Source: an uncultured Gammaproteobacteria bacterium | GTDB lineage: Bacteria; Myxococcota_A; UBA9160; SZUA-336 | Length of the DNA stretch: 52,729 nucleotides | Assembly: GCA_964194645.1 (NCBI GenBank) | Contig: CAXMNF010000001.1 | Span: 1-52,729 of the forward strand | Direction of reading: 5' to 3' | Shown: one piece after another, positions 8,538-14,978 of the stretch | Layout: each line of letters begins with the position of its first letter | Numbering within the stretch: the stretch's first letter is position 1 | Translations under genes and position numbers: made by a program | Notes under the pieces: model-generated | What the model saw: the letters and a program-made list of their open reading frames with translations, nothing else | Databases searched by the model: none | Told to the model about the DNA's origin: nothing

Positions 8538-9686
8538 ATGTCACTGGATCGTGAACGTCTCAATCGTCTGTTGCGCCTCGGCTTCGAGAAGGGCGCATCC
8601 GACATCCATTTCCAGGTCGGCTACCTGCCCCTCTACCGCTTCAATGGCGAGCTGGTAGAGCTGAAGTACAAGGTGCTGACCGCGGAAGACACCGAACAGA
8701 TCGCGAACCAACTCCTCGAGGAAGACGGCCGCCGCCTCGCAGACTGCCCGGAAGTGGACCTGGCCTACGAGATCCCCGGCGAGGGCCGCTTCCGCGTCAA
8801 CATCTCCAGGGAGCGGCGCTGCTACAACATCGTGCTACGCGTGATTCCGATCAAGATCAAGACCTTCGACGAGCTGAACCTGCCGACGGTCATGAAGGAG
8901 ATCGCGATGGCCCGGCGCGGCCTGGTACTGGTGACCGGCGCCACCGGCATGGGCAAGTCGACGACGCTCGCGACCATGATCCAGGAGCTCAACCTGCACC
9001 GCAAGTGCAAGGTGATCACGGTCGAGGACCCGGTCGAGTTCATCTTCAAGCACGAGAAGGCAATCATCACGCAGCGCGAGATCGGGACCGACACCGCGGA
9101 CTTCCCGGTGGCGCTCCACGCCGCCCTGCGTCAGGACCCCGACGTGATCATGGTCGGCGAGATCCGCAACGCCGAGACCGTGGATACGGCCCTCAAAGCC
9201 GCCGAGACCGGTCACGCCGTATTCTCCTCGATCCACACCTCCGACGTAGTGACGACCATGCGCCGCATGCTGAGCTTCTTCCCCGCCGACGAGGAGAACT
9301 CGGTACGCGAGCGGCTGGCAGACAACATCGAGGCGATCGTCTCGCTGCGGCTGCTCCCGAACAAGAAGGGCACCGATCGCGTGCCGGCAGTGGAGGTGAT
9401 GCGCATGACCCGCTCCCTGCGCGAGTGCATTCGCGATCCGAACCGCACGGTCGAGATCCCGCAGTACATCGCCAAGGGTCGCGAGGTCATGGAGATGCAG
9501 ACCTTCGATCAGCACCTGCTCGATCTGTACCAGGCCGGCAAGATCAAGCTCGAGACCGCCCGCGAGGCGGCCTCGAATCCCCAGGACTTCGACACCAAAC
9601 TGGCCCTCGAGGGCGGTGCGGACGAGATGGGAGACGAGGAGAGCTCGACCGGCCCGGTCGAACTGGGCGAGGACGACCGCTTCTAG
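8538..9686 (+). CDS. pilT: PilT/PilU-family type IV pilus retraction-type ATPase
   Basis: Walker A GATGMGKST, Asp box VITVEDPVEF, Walker B DPDVIMVGEIR, His box TGHAVFSSIHT. Start set at ATG 8538 (MSLDRERLNRLL) with AGGAAG upstream. Acidic C-terminal tail. Confidence 0.9.
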   Translation: MSLDRERLNRLLRLGFEKGASDIHFQVGYLPLYRFNGELVELKYKVLTAEDTEQIANQLLEEDGRRLADCPEVDLAYEIPGEGRFRVNISRERRCYNIVLRVIPIKIKTFDELNLPTVMKEIAMARRGLVLVTGATGMGKSTTLATMIQELNLHRKCKVITVEDPVEFIFKHEKAIITQREIGTDTADFPVALHAALRQDPDVIMVGEIRNAETVDTALKAAETGHAVFSSIHTSDVVTTMRRMLSFFPADEENSVRERLADNIEAIVSLRLLPNKKGTDRVPAVEVMRMTRSLRECIRDPNRTVEIPQYIAKGREVMEMQTFDQHLLDLYQAGKIKLETAREAASNPQDFDTKLALEGGADEMGDEESSTGPVELGEDDRF

Positions 9687-9697
9687 GAGCGGCAGTC

Positions 9698-10927
9698 ATG
9701 GAGATCCTCTCCCTCTACGAGTCGTCTGAGAGCCTGGGCTCCGCCCTGGCAGCCGCCGCGCGTCACCTGGCGGCGACCGTGGACGGCTTCGCGCTGGTCT
9801 ATTGCGACAGCTCGCCGGCGTCCGAGCCGGACGGTTGGGCGGGCTTCAACTGCGCCCAGGACGCACAACAGGCCGGCGCCGAACTCGAGGCCTTCCGCCG
9901 CCACGCGACCTCTGCGGAGCGTCCGCTGCGCTGCGACCCACCCGAAGGGTCGGAGCGGATCTGGGCCCGGGCCGCCGGCGGAGTGTTTGGCTTCCCGCTG
10001 CGCCACGGATCCCGCACCCGCGGGGTCGCGGTGGTCGGCTGTCCGGGCGCCTGGCCGCGGGTCCGCAATGCCGAGGTCGAGAGCACGCTGCGCCAGGTCG
10101 CCCTGGTACTCGATCACTACGCACTATGCGATGTCCCGGCGGCGAGCAACGAGCCCTCGGACGAGGTCCTGCGCCTGTCCGAGCAGCTGCTCGCTCAGGA
10201 CATCGAGCTGATCAAGCGCGACGAGCGGATCGGGACGATCGAGCGCCTCAAGAACGACCTGATCGAGAAGATGTCGTACGAGCTGCGCATGCCGCTCAAC
10301 AGCATCATCGAGCGCGTGATCTCGGTGCTGGCCGGCGAGCACGAGAGCCTGTCCGAGAGCGGCCGGCGGGCCCTGCGGGAATCGCTGGATGACGGCAACG
10401 CCCTGCTCCGCACCCTGCAGAACATCCTGGACCTGTGGCGCGTGCGGCAAAACGCGATCCGGGTCGAGATCCAGGACGTGAACCTTGCAGAAGTCGTCGA
10501 GGAGGCGATCTTCAACGTGCGCGATTCGCTGGCGCCGGAGGTGTCGCTCGAAAAGCGCATGCCGAGCCGGCTGCCCAAGATCCGCACGGATCTGGCGAAG
10601 CTCAACCAGGTCCTGTTCCACCTGCTGGACAACGCCGCCAAGTTCACCAAGCGCGGACGCATCGAGCTGGAGATCGCCGTCGAAGAGGGTCAGCTGCTCT
10701 GTACGGTCACGGACTCGGGCGTCGGCATCTCGACAGACGACCAGGGCCTGCTCTTCGACGAGTTCTTCCAGGTAGACACGTCGACCAACAGCGGCTACCG
10801 CGGCGCGGGTCTGGGCCTGACCCTGACCAAGGCCTTGGTGGAGCAGCTCGGCGGAGCGATCTCGCACTCGAGCGAGATCGGCAAGGGCTCTCGCTTCAGC
10901 TTCACCTTGCCCGTCACCCTGTCCTAG
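9698..10927 (+). CDS. Cytoplasmic GAF-like / HisKA-like / HATPase_c protein with Tyr replacing the phospho-acceptor His (pseudo-histidine kinase, DivL-like)
   Basis: Track ORF 9005..10927 trimmed to ATG 9698 (MEILSLYESS...), 11 nt after the pilT stop, with AGGAG overlapping that stop. H-box reads IEKMSYELRMPLNSI (TAC at 10277..10279). N box HLLDNAAKF, G1 DSGVGI, F box FDEFF and G2 GAGLGL are intact. No transmembrane segment. Confidence 0.85.
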   Translation: MEILSLYESSESLGSALAAAARHLAATVDGFALVYCDSSPASEPDGWAGFNCAQDAQQAGAELEAFRRHATSAERPLRCDPPEGSERIWARAAGGVFGFPLRHGSRTRGVAVVGCPGAWPRVRNAEVESTLRQVALVLDHYALCDVPAASNEPSDEVLRLSEQLLAQDIELIKRDERIGTIERLKNDLIEKMSYELRMPLNSIIERVISVLAGEHESLSESGRRALRESLDDGNALLRTLQNILDLWRVRQNAIRVEIQDVNLAEVVEEAIFNVRDSLAPEVSLEKRMPSRLPKIRTDLAKLNQVLFHLLDNAAKFTKRGRIELEIAVEEGQLLCTVTDSGVGISTDDQGLLFDEFFQVDTSTNSGYRGAGLGLTLTKALVEQLGGAISHSSEIGKGSRFSFTLPVTLS

Positions 10928-10951
10928 CCAGGACGGGCGGAGCGTCGGACG

Positions 10952-11164
10952 CTAGGCGTCCTCCTCCTGGTCCGGCGGCAGCTCCTTGCGCACGTGGGCC
11001 GCGGCGACCTCGCGCAAGGCCACGACGATCGACTTGTTCTCTTCCGCCTTCACCAGCGGACGGGCTCCGCGCATCAACTGCTTCGCGCGGATCGATGCCA
11101 TCAGCACCAGGTTGAAGCGATTGCCTTCCTGCTTCGTGCAATCCTCAATCGTAATGCGCGCCAT
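10952..11164 (-). CDS. rpoZ: DNA-directed RNA polymerase omega subunit
   Basis: MARITIEDCTKQEGNRFNLVLMASIRAKQLMRGARPLV is the typical omega N-terminus. Track ORF trimmed to ATG 11162..11164 (70 aa). Confidence 0.9.
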   Translation of the reverse strand: MARITIEDCTKQEGNRFNLVLMASIRAKQLMRGARPLVKAEENKSIVVALREVAAAHVRKELPPDQEEDA

Positions 11165-11377
11165 GGAACCGGCCCTCCAAAGCCCCCAGGGACTCCCGGG
11201 ATGCGCGGAGCCTAGGCCCCCACCCCACCCTTCGCAAGCCACCCCAAGAGAGGGCCCCCAGGGCCCCACCACCGGCCCCGCAAAGCGCCCCGCCAGGGGC
11301 GCGCGCAGCGAGGCAGAGCCGAGCGGAGGCCGGACGCGCGGCTCCGCCGCGCGTCATCCCGCAAAGGCACAGAAGAA

Positions 11378-11406
11378 GCCCCCGTTGCCGCACGGGCAAC
11401 GGGGGC
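11378..11406 (-). terminator. Intrinsic terminator hairpin downstream of the Lys/Arg repeat gene
   Basis: Perfect 12-bp inverted repeat GCCCCCGTTGCC / GGCAACGGGGGC with a 5-nt loop, 30 nt after the stop at 11436. On the minus strand it is followed by UUCUUCUGUGCCUUUGC. Confidence 0.6.
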
Positions 11407-11435
11407 TCTTCTTCCGATGACCTTTCGAGTCCCGG

Positions 11436-11744
11436 CTACGCCTTCCGGCGTCGCCGCTTCTTTCGGGTCGTCTTCTTGGCAGTGGCCGCCTTCTTGCGGC
11501 GCGCCTTCTTGCGCCGCGCCTTCTTCTTGCGAGCAGGCTTCTTGCGCCGCGCCTTCTTGCGGCGAGCCTTCTTGCGGCGGGTCGCCTTCTTGCGCGTACC
11601 CTTCTTCTTGCGCGTGGCCTTCTTGCGACGGGTCGCCTTCTTGCGCCGCGCCTTCTTCTTCCGAGTGGCCTTCTTCTTGCGCGTGGCCTTCTTGCGGCGG
11701 GTCGCCTTCTTGCGCGTCGCCGCCTTCTTCCTACGTGCTGCCAT
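11436..11744 (-). CDS. Histone H1-like / extremely basic Lys-Arg-Ala-Thr repeat protein, 102 aa
   Basis: MAARRKKAATRKKATRRKKATRKKKATRKKKARRKK...RKKRRRRKA. By my count 68 of 102 residues are K or R; the rest are almost only A and T. ATG 11742..11744 is preceded by GGGGGTGA. It has its own candidate promoter and terminator. Confidence 0.75.
   Translation of the reverse strand: MAARRKKAATRKKATRRKKATRKKKATRKKKARRKKATRRKKATRKKKGTRKKATRRKKARRKKARRKKPARKKKARRKKARRKKAATAKKTTRKKRRRRKA
11450..11735. repeat. Imperfect tandem coding repeat (GCCTTCTTGCG-type units, about 12-18 nt) underlying the K/R repeat protein
   Basis: Visible reiteration of cgccttcttgcg / ggccttcttcttgcg units on the plus strand. 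All three plus-strand frames and the minus frames give low-complexity repeat peptides. Confidence 0.8.
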
Positions 11745-11937
11745 TTGAGTTTTCACCCCCCAATTTCGCATTGATGAACGTGTCCGCGCCTTCTGTCCCG
11801 TTCGACTTTCGGGAACGATCACGCCCGGGCGGATGCTTCCGCTTGTTGCAACGTATCGGCCCTCTCTGACCGAACTTTACGTAACCTGCGTCGTTTCCTG
11901 ATTGGAAACACGAAGTTCCCACCCTTGCTTGCCGCAG

Positions 11938-11967
11938 ACAGTAGACATTCCGAAAACAGGCTGTCAA
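11938..11967 (-). promoter_or_regulatory. Sigma70-like promoter for the histone-like gene (TTGACA - 18 nt - TACTGT)
   Basis: Minus strand reads CCG-TTGACA-GCCTGTTTTCGGAATGTC-TACTGT-CTG, in the least GC-rich stretch of the window. This implies a leader of roughly 185 nt before ATG 11744. Confidence 0.45.
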
Positions 11968-11978
11968 CGGAAAAGCGC

Positions 11979-12010
11979 AAAAAAAACGCACCGATGCGAT
12001 GCATCGGTGC
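11979..12010 (-). terminator. Canonical rho-independent terminator of the bS22-like small gene
   Basis: Minus strand: GCACCGATGC-AUC-GCATCGGTGC (10-bp perfect stem), then a single C and a run of 8 U (A-run 11979..11986 on the plus strand). Confidence 0.8.
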
Positions 12011-12047
12011 GGGTTGGTGAGCGGAACCGACGAGGGTCGGGCGACCC

Positions 12048-12146
12048 CTACTTGCCCCGCTTACGCTTGTGCCGGTTCTTGGCGCGCTGCTTCCGGTACT
12101 TGTGCTTGCGCATCTTCTTCCGGCGCTTCTTGATCACACTGCCCAT
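12048..12146 (-). CDS. 32-aa highly basic small protein resembling ribosomal protein bS22 (AURKAIP1/COX24-like family)
   Basis: Below the ORF-track size cutoff; translated by hand as MGSVIKKRRKKMRKHKYRKQRAKNRHKRKRGK*. The MGSVIKKRRK.M.K.K.RK N-terminus matches the actinobacterial bS22 sequence as I remember it. Flanked by its own promoter-like element and a textbook terminator. Confidence 0.75.
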   Translation of the reverse strand: MGSVIKKRRKKMRKHKYRKQRAKNRHKRKRGK

Positions 12147-12188
12147 CTACGTTCTACCTGTCTGGTCGCCCGTCGTCGAGCGGGCCGG

Positions 12189-12216
12189 ATGGTATACGGA
12201 GACGGGCGGATGTCAA
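12189..12216 (-). promoter_or_regulatory. Sigma70-like promoter for the bS22-like gene (TTGACA - 16 nt - TACCAT)
   Basis: Minus strand reads GC-TTGACA-TCCGCCCGTCTCCGTA-TACCAT. The -35 overlaps the stop codon of the upstream TPR gene. The leader would be about 35 nt. Confidence 0.45.
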
Positions 12217-12713
12217 GCGCCCTGCGCGGGACTTGCCGCCATGCTGGCCACGGGCCGGGCGACACGCGCCGAGATCCGGCCGATCATGCGGTTCAGCAGG
12301 TGTCCGCGGGGCAGAAAGCGCAGCGGAGGGCGCCGCCGGACGCCTAGATCCACGAGCTTGCGGCGCAGGCGGTCGTTCTCGGGATCTACCATCAGGCCAC
12401 GCCGCAGGTAGCGCACAGCCTCGGCCTTGCCATCGAAGGCCAGGTAGATCCGCGCCAGGTTCAGGTAGAGGTCCGGGTTGTAGAACTCCTGCCGCACGGC
12501 CGCACGGGCCAGCTCGACGGCGCCCAGGAACTGCCCACGCACCAGGGCCAGGGCCAGGGCGTACCCGGAGCGGAAGCGCGCGCTCTGCGGGTCGGACAGA
12601 TAGGCGCGGCTCAGGTGCTCGAGGCCATCGGGCCCGTGGCCACCCTCCAGCAGAGCGAGGCCCCGCCGGTAGTGCTCCTCAGCTGTGAACTCGGTCTCAT
12701 TTCCGGTATGCAT
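12213..12713 (-). CDS. TPR repeat protein, 166 aa
   Basis: TPR-like helices (AEEHYRRGLALLEGG..., YLNLARIYLAFDGKAEAVRYLRRGLMVDPEN). Start moved to ATG 12711..12713, which has GGAGAGA upstream; the track start at 12752 has no RBS. Confidence 0.7.
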   Translation of the reverse strand: MHTGNETEFTAEEHYRRGLALLEGGHGPDGLEHLSRAYLSDPQSARFRSGYALALALVRGQFLGAVELARAAVRQEFYNPDLYLNLARIYLAFDGKAEAVRYLRRGLMVDPENDRLRRKLVDLGVRRRPPLRFLPRGHLLNRMIGRISARVARPVASMAASPAQGA

Positions 12714-12817
12714 CCGGTCTCTCCGTACCCTCCCGGATGACGTATCGGACATTGGGCGCCGGCTTTTGAGTGTCTTGCTCTTCTGCGCAGCTCACCGGCA
12801 GAACTTCGGCAGGACCA

Positions 12818-12848
12818 CACCCGTGCGCGGCGCAGCCGCGCACGGGTG
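12818..12848 (-). terminator. Strong GC hairpin immediately after the histidine kinase stop (I-shaped terminator candidate, no U tract)
   Basis: CACCCGTGCGCG / CGCGCACGGGTG perfect 12-bp inverted repeat plus 2 further inner pairs and a 3-nt loop. It ends 1 nt from the stop at 12850..12852. Confidence 0.5.
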
Positions 12849-12849
12849 G

Positions 12850-14571
12850 CTAGTTCGAGAACGGCAGCCGCACCCGGAATTCGATTACGCCCGGTTCGAC
12901 CAGCTCGGACCAGACCTTCCCACCGTGCAGCTCCACGATCGCGCGCACCAGGTTCAGGCCCAGTCCCACCCCGCCCTGTTCCCGCTTGAAGGAACCGTCC
13001 CGCTGGACGAAGCGGTCGAAGATCCGCTCCAAGTGCTCGGCGCTCATGTCGCGCGCGGGGTTGCGCACGGCCAACTCAAGCATCCCGCAGGCGCTGCCGG
13101 TTGCCACCCGGATCTCGGACCCCTCGGGGCTGAACTTGATGGCGTTGTCGAGCAGGTTCAGCACGACCTGCTTCATGCGATCGGGATCGAGAAACGCGGG
13201 TGCCAGGCCGTGGCCCGCTTCCAGACCCGCGGTCAGGCGGCGATCGTCCAAGCGCGGCTTCAGCACCATCAGTGAGTCCTGGATGATCGTGTTCAGCGAG
13301 ACCCAGGCCCGGTCCAGCGTGACCACGCCCGACTCGATCTTGGAGAGTTCGAGTAGTCCGCCGATCAGGTCGCGCATGCGGTCGGCTTCCTTGTGCACGA
13401 TGCGCAGGAACTCGAGCCGCTTCGCCGAGTCGAGACGCGCGGGCTCGCCCTTGCGCTCGCTCTCGAGCTCGGACTGGAGCATCTTCGCGAAACCGCGGAT
13501 GCTGGTGAGCGGCGTGTTCAGTTCGTGGCTCACGTTCGCGAGGAACTCCGACTTGAGCAGGTCAGCCTCTCGGATCCGCTCGTTCTGCTCCTGGAGCTGG
13601 CGATTGCGCTCGGCCAGCTGGCGCTCGAGCGACAGGTGCTCGCGGATGTCGCGCGCGATACACACGACGCTCTCGCGGTTCTCCGCCACGCGCGCCGAGA
13701 GCTCCAGAGGCACCCAGCCGTGGCGGGTCTTGCCCTCCACGCGCAGCCCGCGCCGAAAGCCCTGCTCGATCAAGAGCGGCACGCCCTCAGCGACTCGCCG
13801 CATCGAGGTCGCAGAGAGCAGGTCCCGTGCCGACTGGCCGCGCAGCTCGTCCAGGCTCATGCCCGAGAACTCGACGGCCGCCCGGTTCGCATCCAGCACG
13901 CAGAGGTTGCGATCGAAGATCAGGATGATGTCCTCGATGTCCTCCATGAAGCGGCGCACGGCTTCGAGCTCGCGCACGTCCGGGAACGGGCCGGTCGCCG
14001 CGCCGCTCCGCGCCATGCGCCGAAACAGCGCTTCGCGCCCCTGAAGCGTGGCGGAGAGCAGCGAAGCCTCGTCGAAGAGCCGAGCGTGGGCCGGATCCGT
14101 CCGCGCAGCCAGCTCCGGCACCACGAAGCGGCAGCTCGGCGCCCCCTGCGCCCGGCACTCGGGGTGCTCGACCCGCGCCGGGTCTCCGCGCTCGTCGCGC
14201 AGCAGGCCGGCGATGCAACCGCGCACCAGCTCGCACTCGAGCGGGTCGGCGGACAACTCGTGCAGCTGGGCACGGCGGAACACCGCCGGCGCGTCGGAGA
14301 TCGGCTCGATGTCGGAGTGGCGGTCCAGCAGCGCAAGCCACTCGCGGCACTCGGCCAGCAAGGCTTCCGGTCCGGGCGAGGCCGCCAAGCAGGCGCGCAC
14401 CCAGGGTTCGCAGGCGTCCCACACACGAACGCCCACATCGAAGGCGCAGCGCTCCGCAGCAAGTCGCGCCAGGAACTCCGAACGAAGCACCCAGAGGGGA
14501 GGCGCGAGCCGCGGATCCTCGCCCCCGGGGGACTCGGATGCGTCGGGCGCATCCAGAAACGCCCGAGCCAA
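12850..14571 (-). CDS. Cytoplasmic sensor histidine kinase (V4R-like N-domain, PAS, HisKA, HATPase_c)
   Basis: Canonical H-box FLANVSHELNTPLTSIRGF, N box LLDNAIKFSP and G2 GGVGLGLNL. PAS-like segment ILIFDRNLCVLDANRAAVEFSGMS. N-terminal Cys-containing ...VEHPECRAQGAPSCRFVV resembles the V4R C-terminal signature. Confidence 0.9.
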   Translation of the reverse strand: MARAFLDAPDASESPGGEDPRLAPPLWVLRSEFLARLAAERCAFDVGVRVWDACEPWVRACLAASPGPEALLAECREWLALLDRHSDIEPISDAPAVFRRAQLHELSADPLECELVRGCIAGLLRDERGDPARVEHPECRAQGAPSCRFVVPELAARTDPAHARLFDEASLLSATLQGREALFRRMARSGAATGPFPDVRELEAVRRFMEDIEDIILIFDRNLCVLDANRAAVEFSGMSLDELRGQSARDLLSATSMRRVAEGVPLLIEQGFRRGLRVEGKTRHGWVPLELSARVAENRESVVCIARDIREHLSLERQLAERNRQLQEQNERIREADLLKSEFLANVSHELNTPLTSIRGFAKMLQSELESERKGEPARLDSAKRLEFLRIVHKEADRMRDLIGGLLELSKIESGVVTLDRAWVSLNTIIQDSLMVLKPRLDDRRLTAGLEAGHGLAPAFLDPDRMKQVVLNLLDNAIKFSPEGSEIRVATGSACGMLELAVRNPARDMSAEHLERIFDRFVQRDGSFKREQGGVGLGLNLVRAIVELHGGKVWSELVEPGVIEFRVRLPFSN

Positions 14572-14603
14572 GCGCTCGCTTACGGTACCCAGGGGGTCGG
14601 GGA

Positions 14604-14837
14604 TCAGTTCTCGATGATCTCCAAGATGTACCGCTTGTTCTCCTTCCCGCTAGCAGCCGCGAGGATCGTGCGGATCGCCGACGCGTGCGCCCCACCCTTT
14701 CCGATCACCTTGCCCAGATCCTCTTTGGCAACGCTCAGCTCGATCACGTGAGCGTGGTTGCCTTTGATCTCCGAGATCTCGACAGCTTCGGGCCGATCCA
14801 CCAGCGCCTTCACGATCATCTCGACTAGATCTCGCAT
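14604..14837 (-). CDS. khpA: KH-domain RNA-binding protein (KhpA/YlqC family)
   Basis: MRDLVEMIVKALVDRPEAVEI...VAKEDLGKVIGKGGAHASAIRTIL with the GKGG (GxxG) KH motif. ATG 14835..14837 is preceded by GGAG. Confidence 0.85.
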   Translation of the reverse strand: MRDLVEMIVKALVDRPEAVEISEIKGNHAHVIELSVAKEDLGKVIGKGGAHASAIRTILAAASGKENKRYILEIIEN

Positions 14838-14978
14838 ACAGCACTCCACAGGCCGCTGCCAAAGATCGCGAACTCGAACGCAAGTTGTTCGGTAACCTCA
14901 GGCGAAAGCAAAGAGTTCTAGCCTCTGCTGCGGGACTTTGTGGCAGTCTGTCACCGCTGCCGCCTGGGGTCAACCTTC

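Noticed and set aside
9005-9697. N-terminal 231 codons of track ORF 9005..10927, and likewise 3531..3860 of ORF 3531..4952
   Set aside because: These extensions overlap pilT (or the divergent small gene) out of frame and are Arg/Gly/Pro-rich. Internal ATG or GTG codons with an RBS, or a family-consistent N-terminus, were chosen instead.
11165-11377. Long GC-rich gap between the histone-like terminator and rpoZ, examined for tRNA, SRP RNA, 6S RNA or a small ORF
   Set aside because: I recognised no cloverleaf, no SRP domain IV motif and no codon-biased ORF. Track ORF 11145..11399 is Gly/Ala/Leu/Arg junk. Only the G-tract pattern was kept, as a low-interest finding.
11450-11735. Tandem repeats that might be mistaken for a CRISPR array
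   Set aside because: The units are short (about 12-18 nt), imperfect and contiguous, with no unique spacers. They lie inside a coding frame and no cas genes are present.
11800-11850. CCGCCCGGGCG segment in the leader, reminiscent of the ZTP riboswitch pseudoknot
   Set aside because: The other conserved ZTP elements (GGGUCGUGACUGGCG-type 5' sub-domain) are absent and the downstream gene is unrelated to purine or folate metabolism.
11417-11869. Plus-strand repeat ORFs over the K/R gene: a Cys/Ser/Pro-rich PSCG/PSSC repeat peptide (11417..11869) and an FLRRA repeat peptide (11476..11748)
   Set aside because: They are mirror frames of the same tandem DNA repeat. Only the minus-strand frame has an RBS-preceded ATG, a downstream terminator, an upstream promoter and similarity to a known protein class. 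I cannot fully exclude antisense expression.
11858-11871. GGUCAGAGAGGGCC in the histone-like gene leader resembles the PyrR loop core UCCAGAGAGG
   Set aside because: It lacks one C of the core, lacks the flanking lower stem and bulge architecture, and sits in a non-pyrimidine context. It is most likely a chance purine tract.
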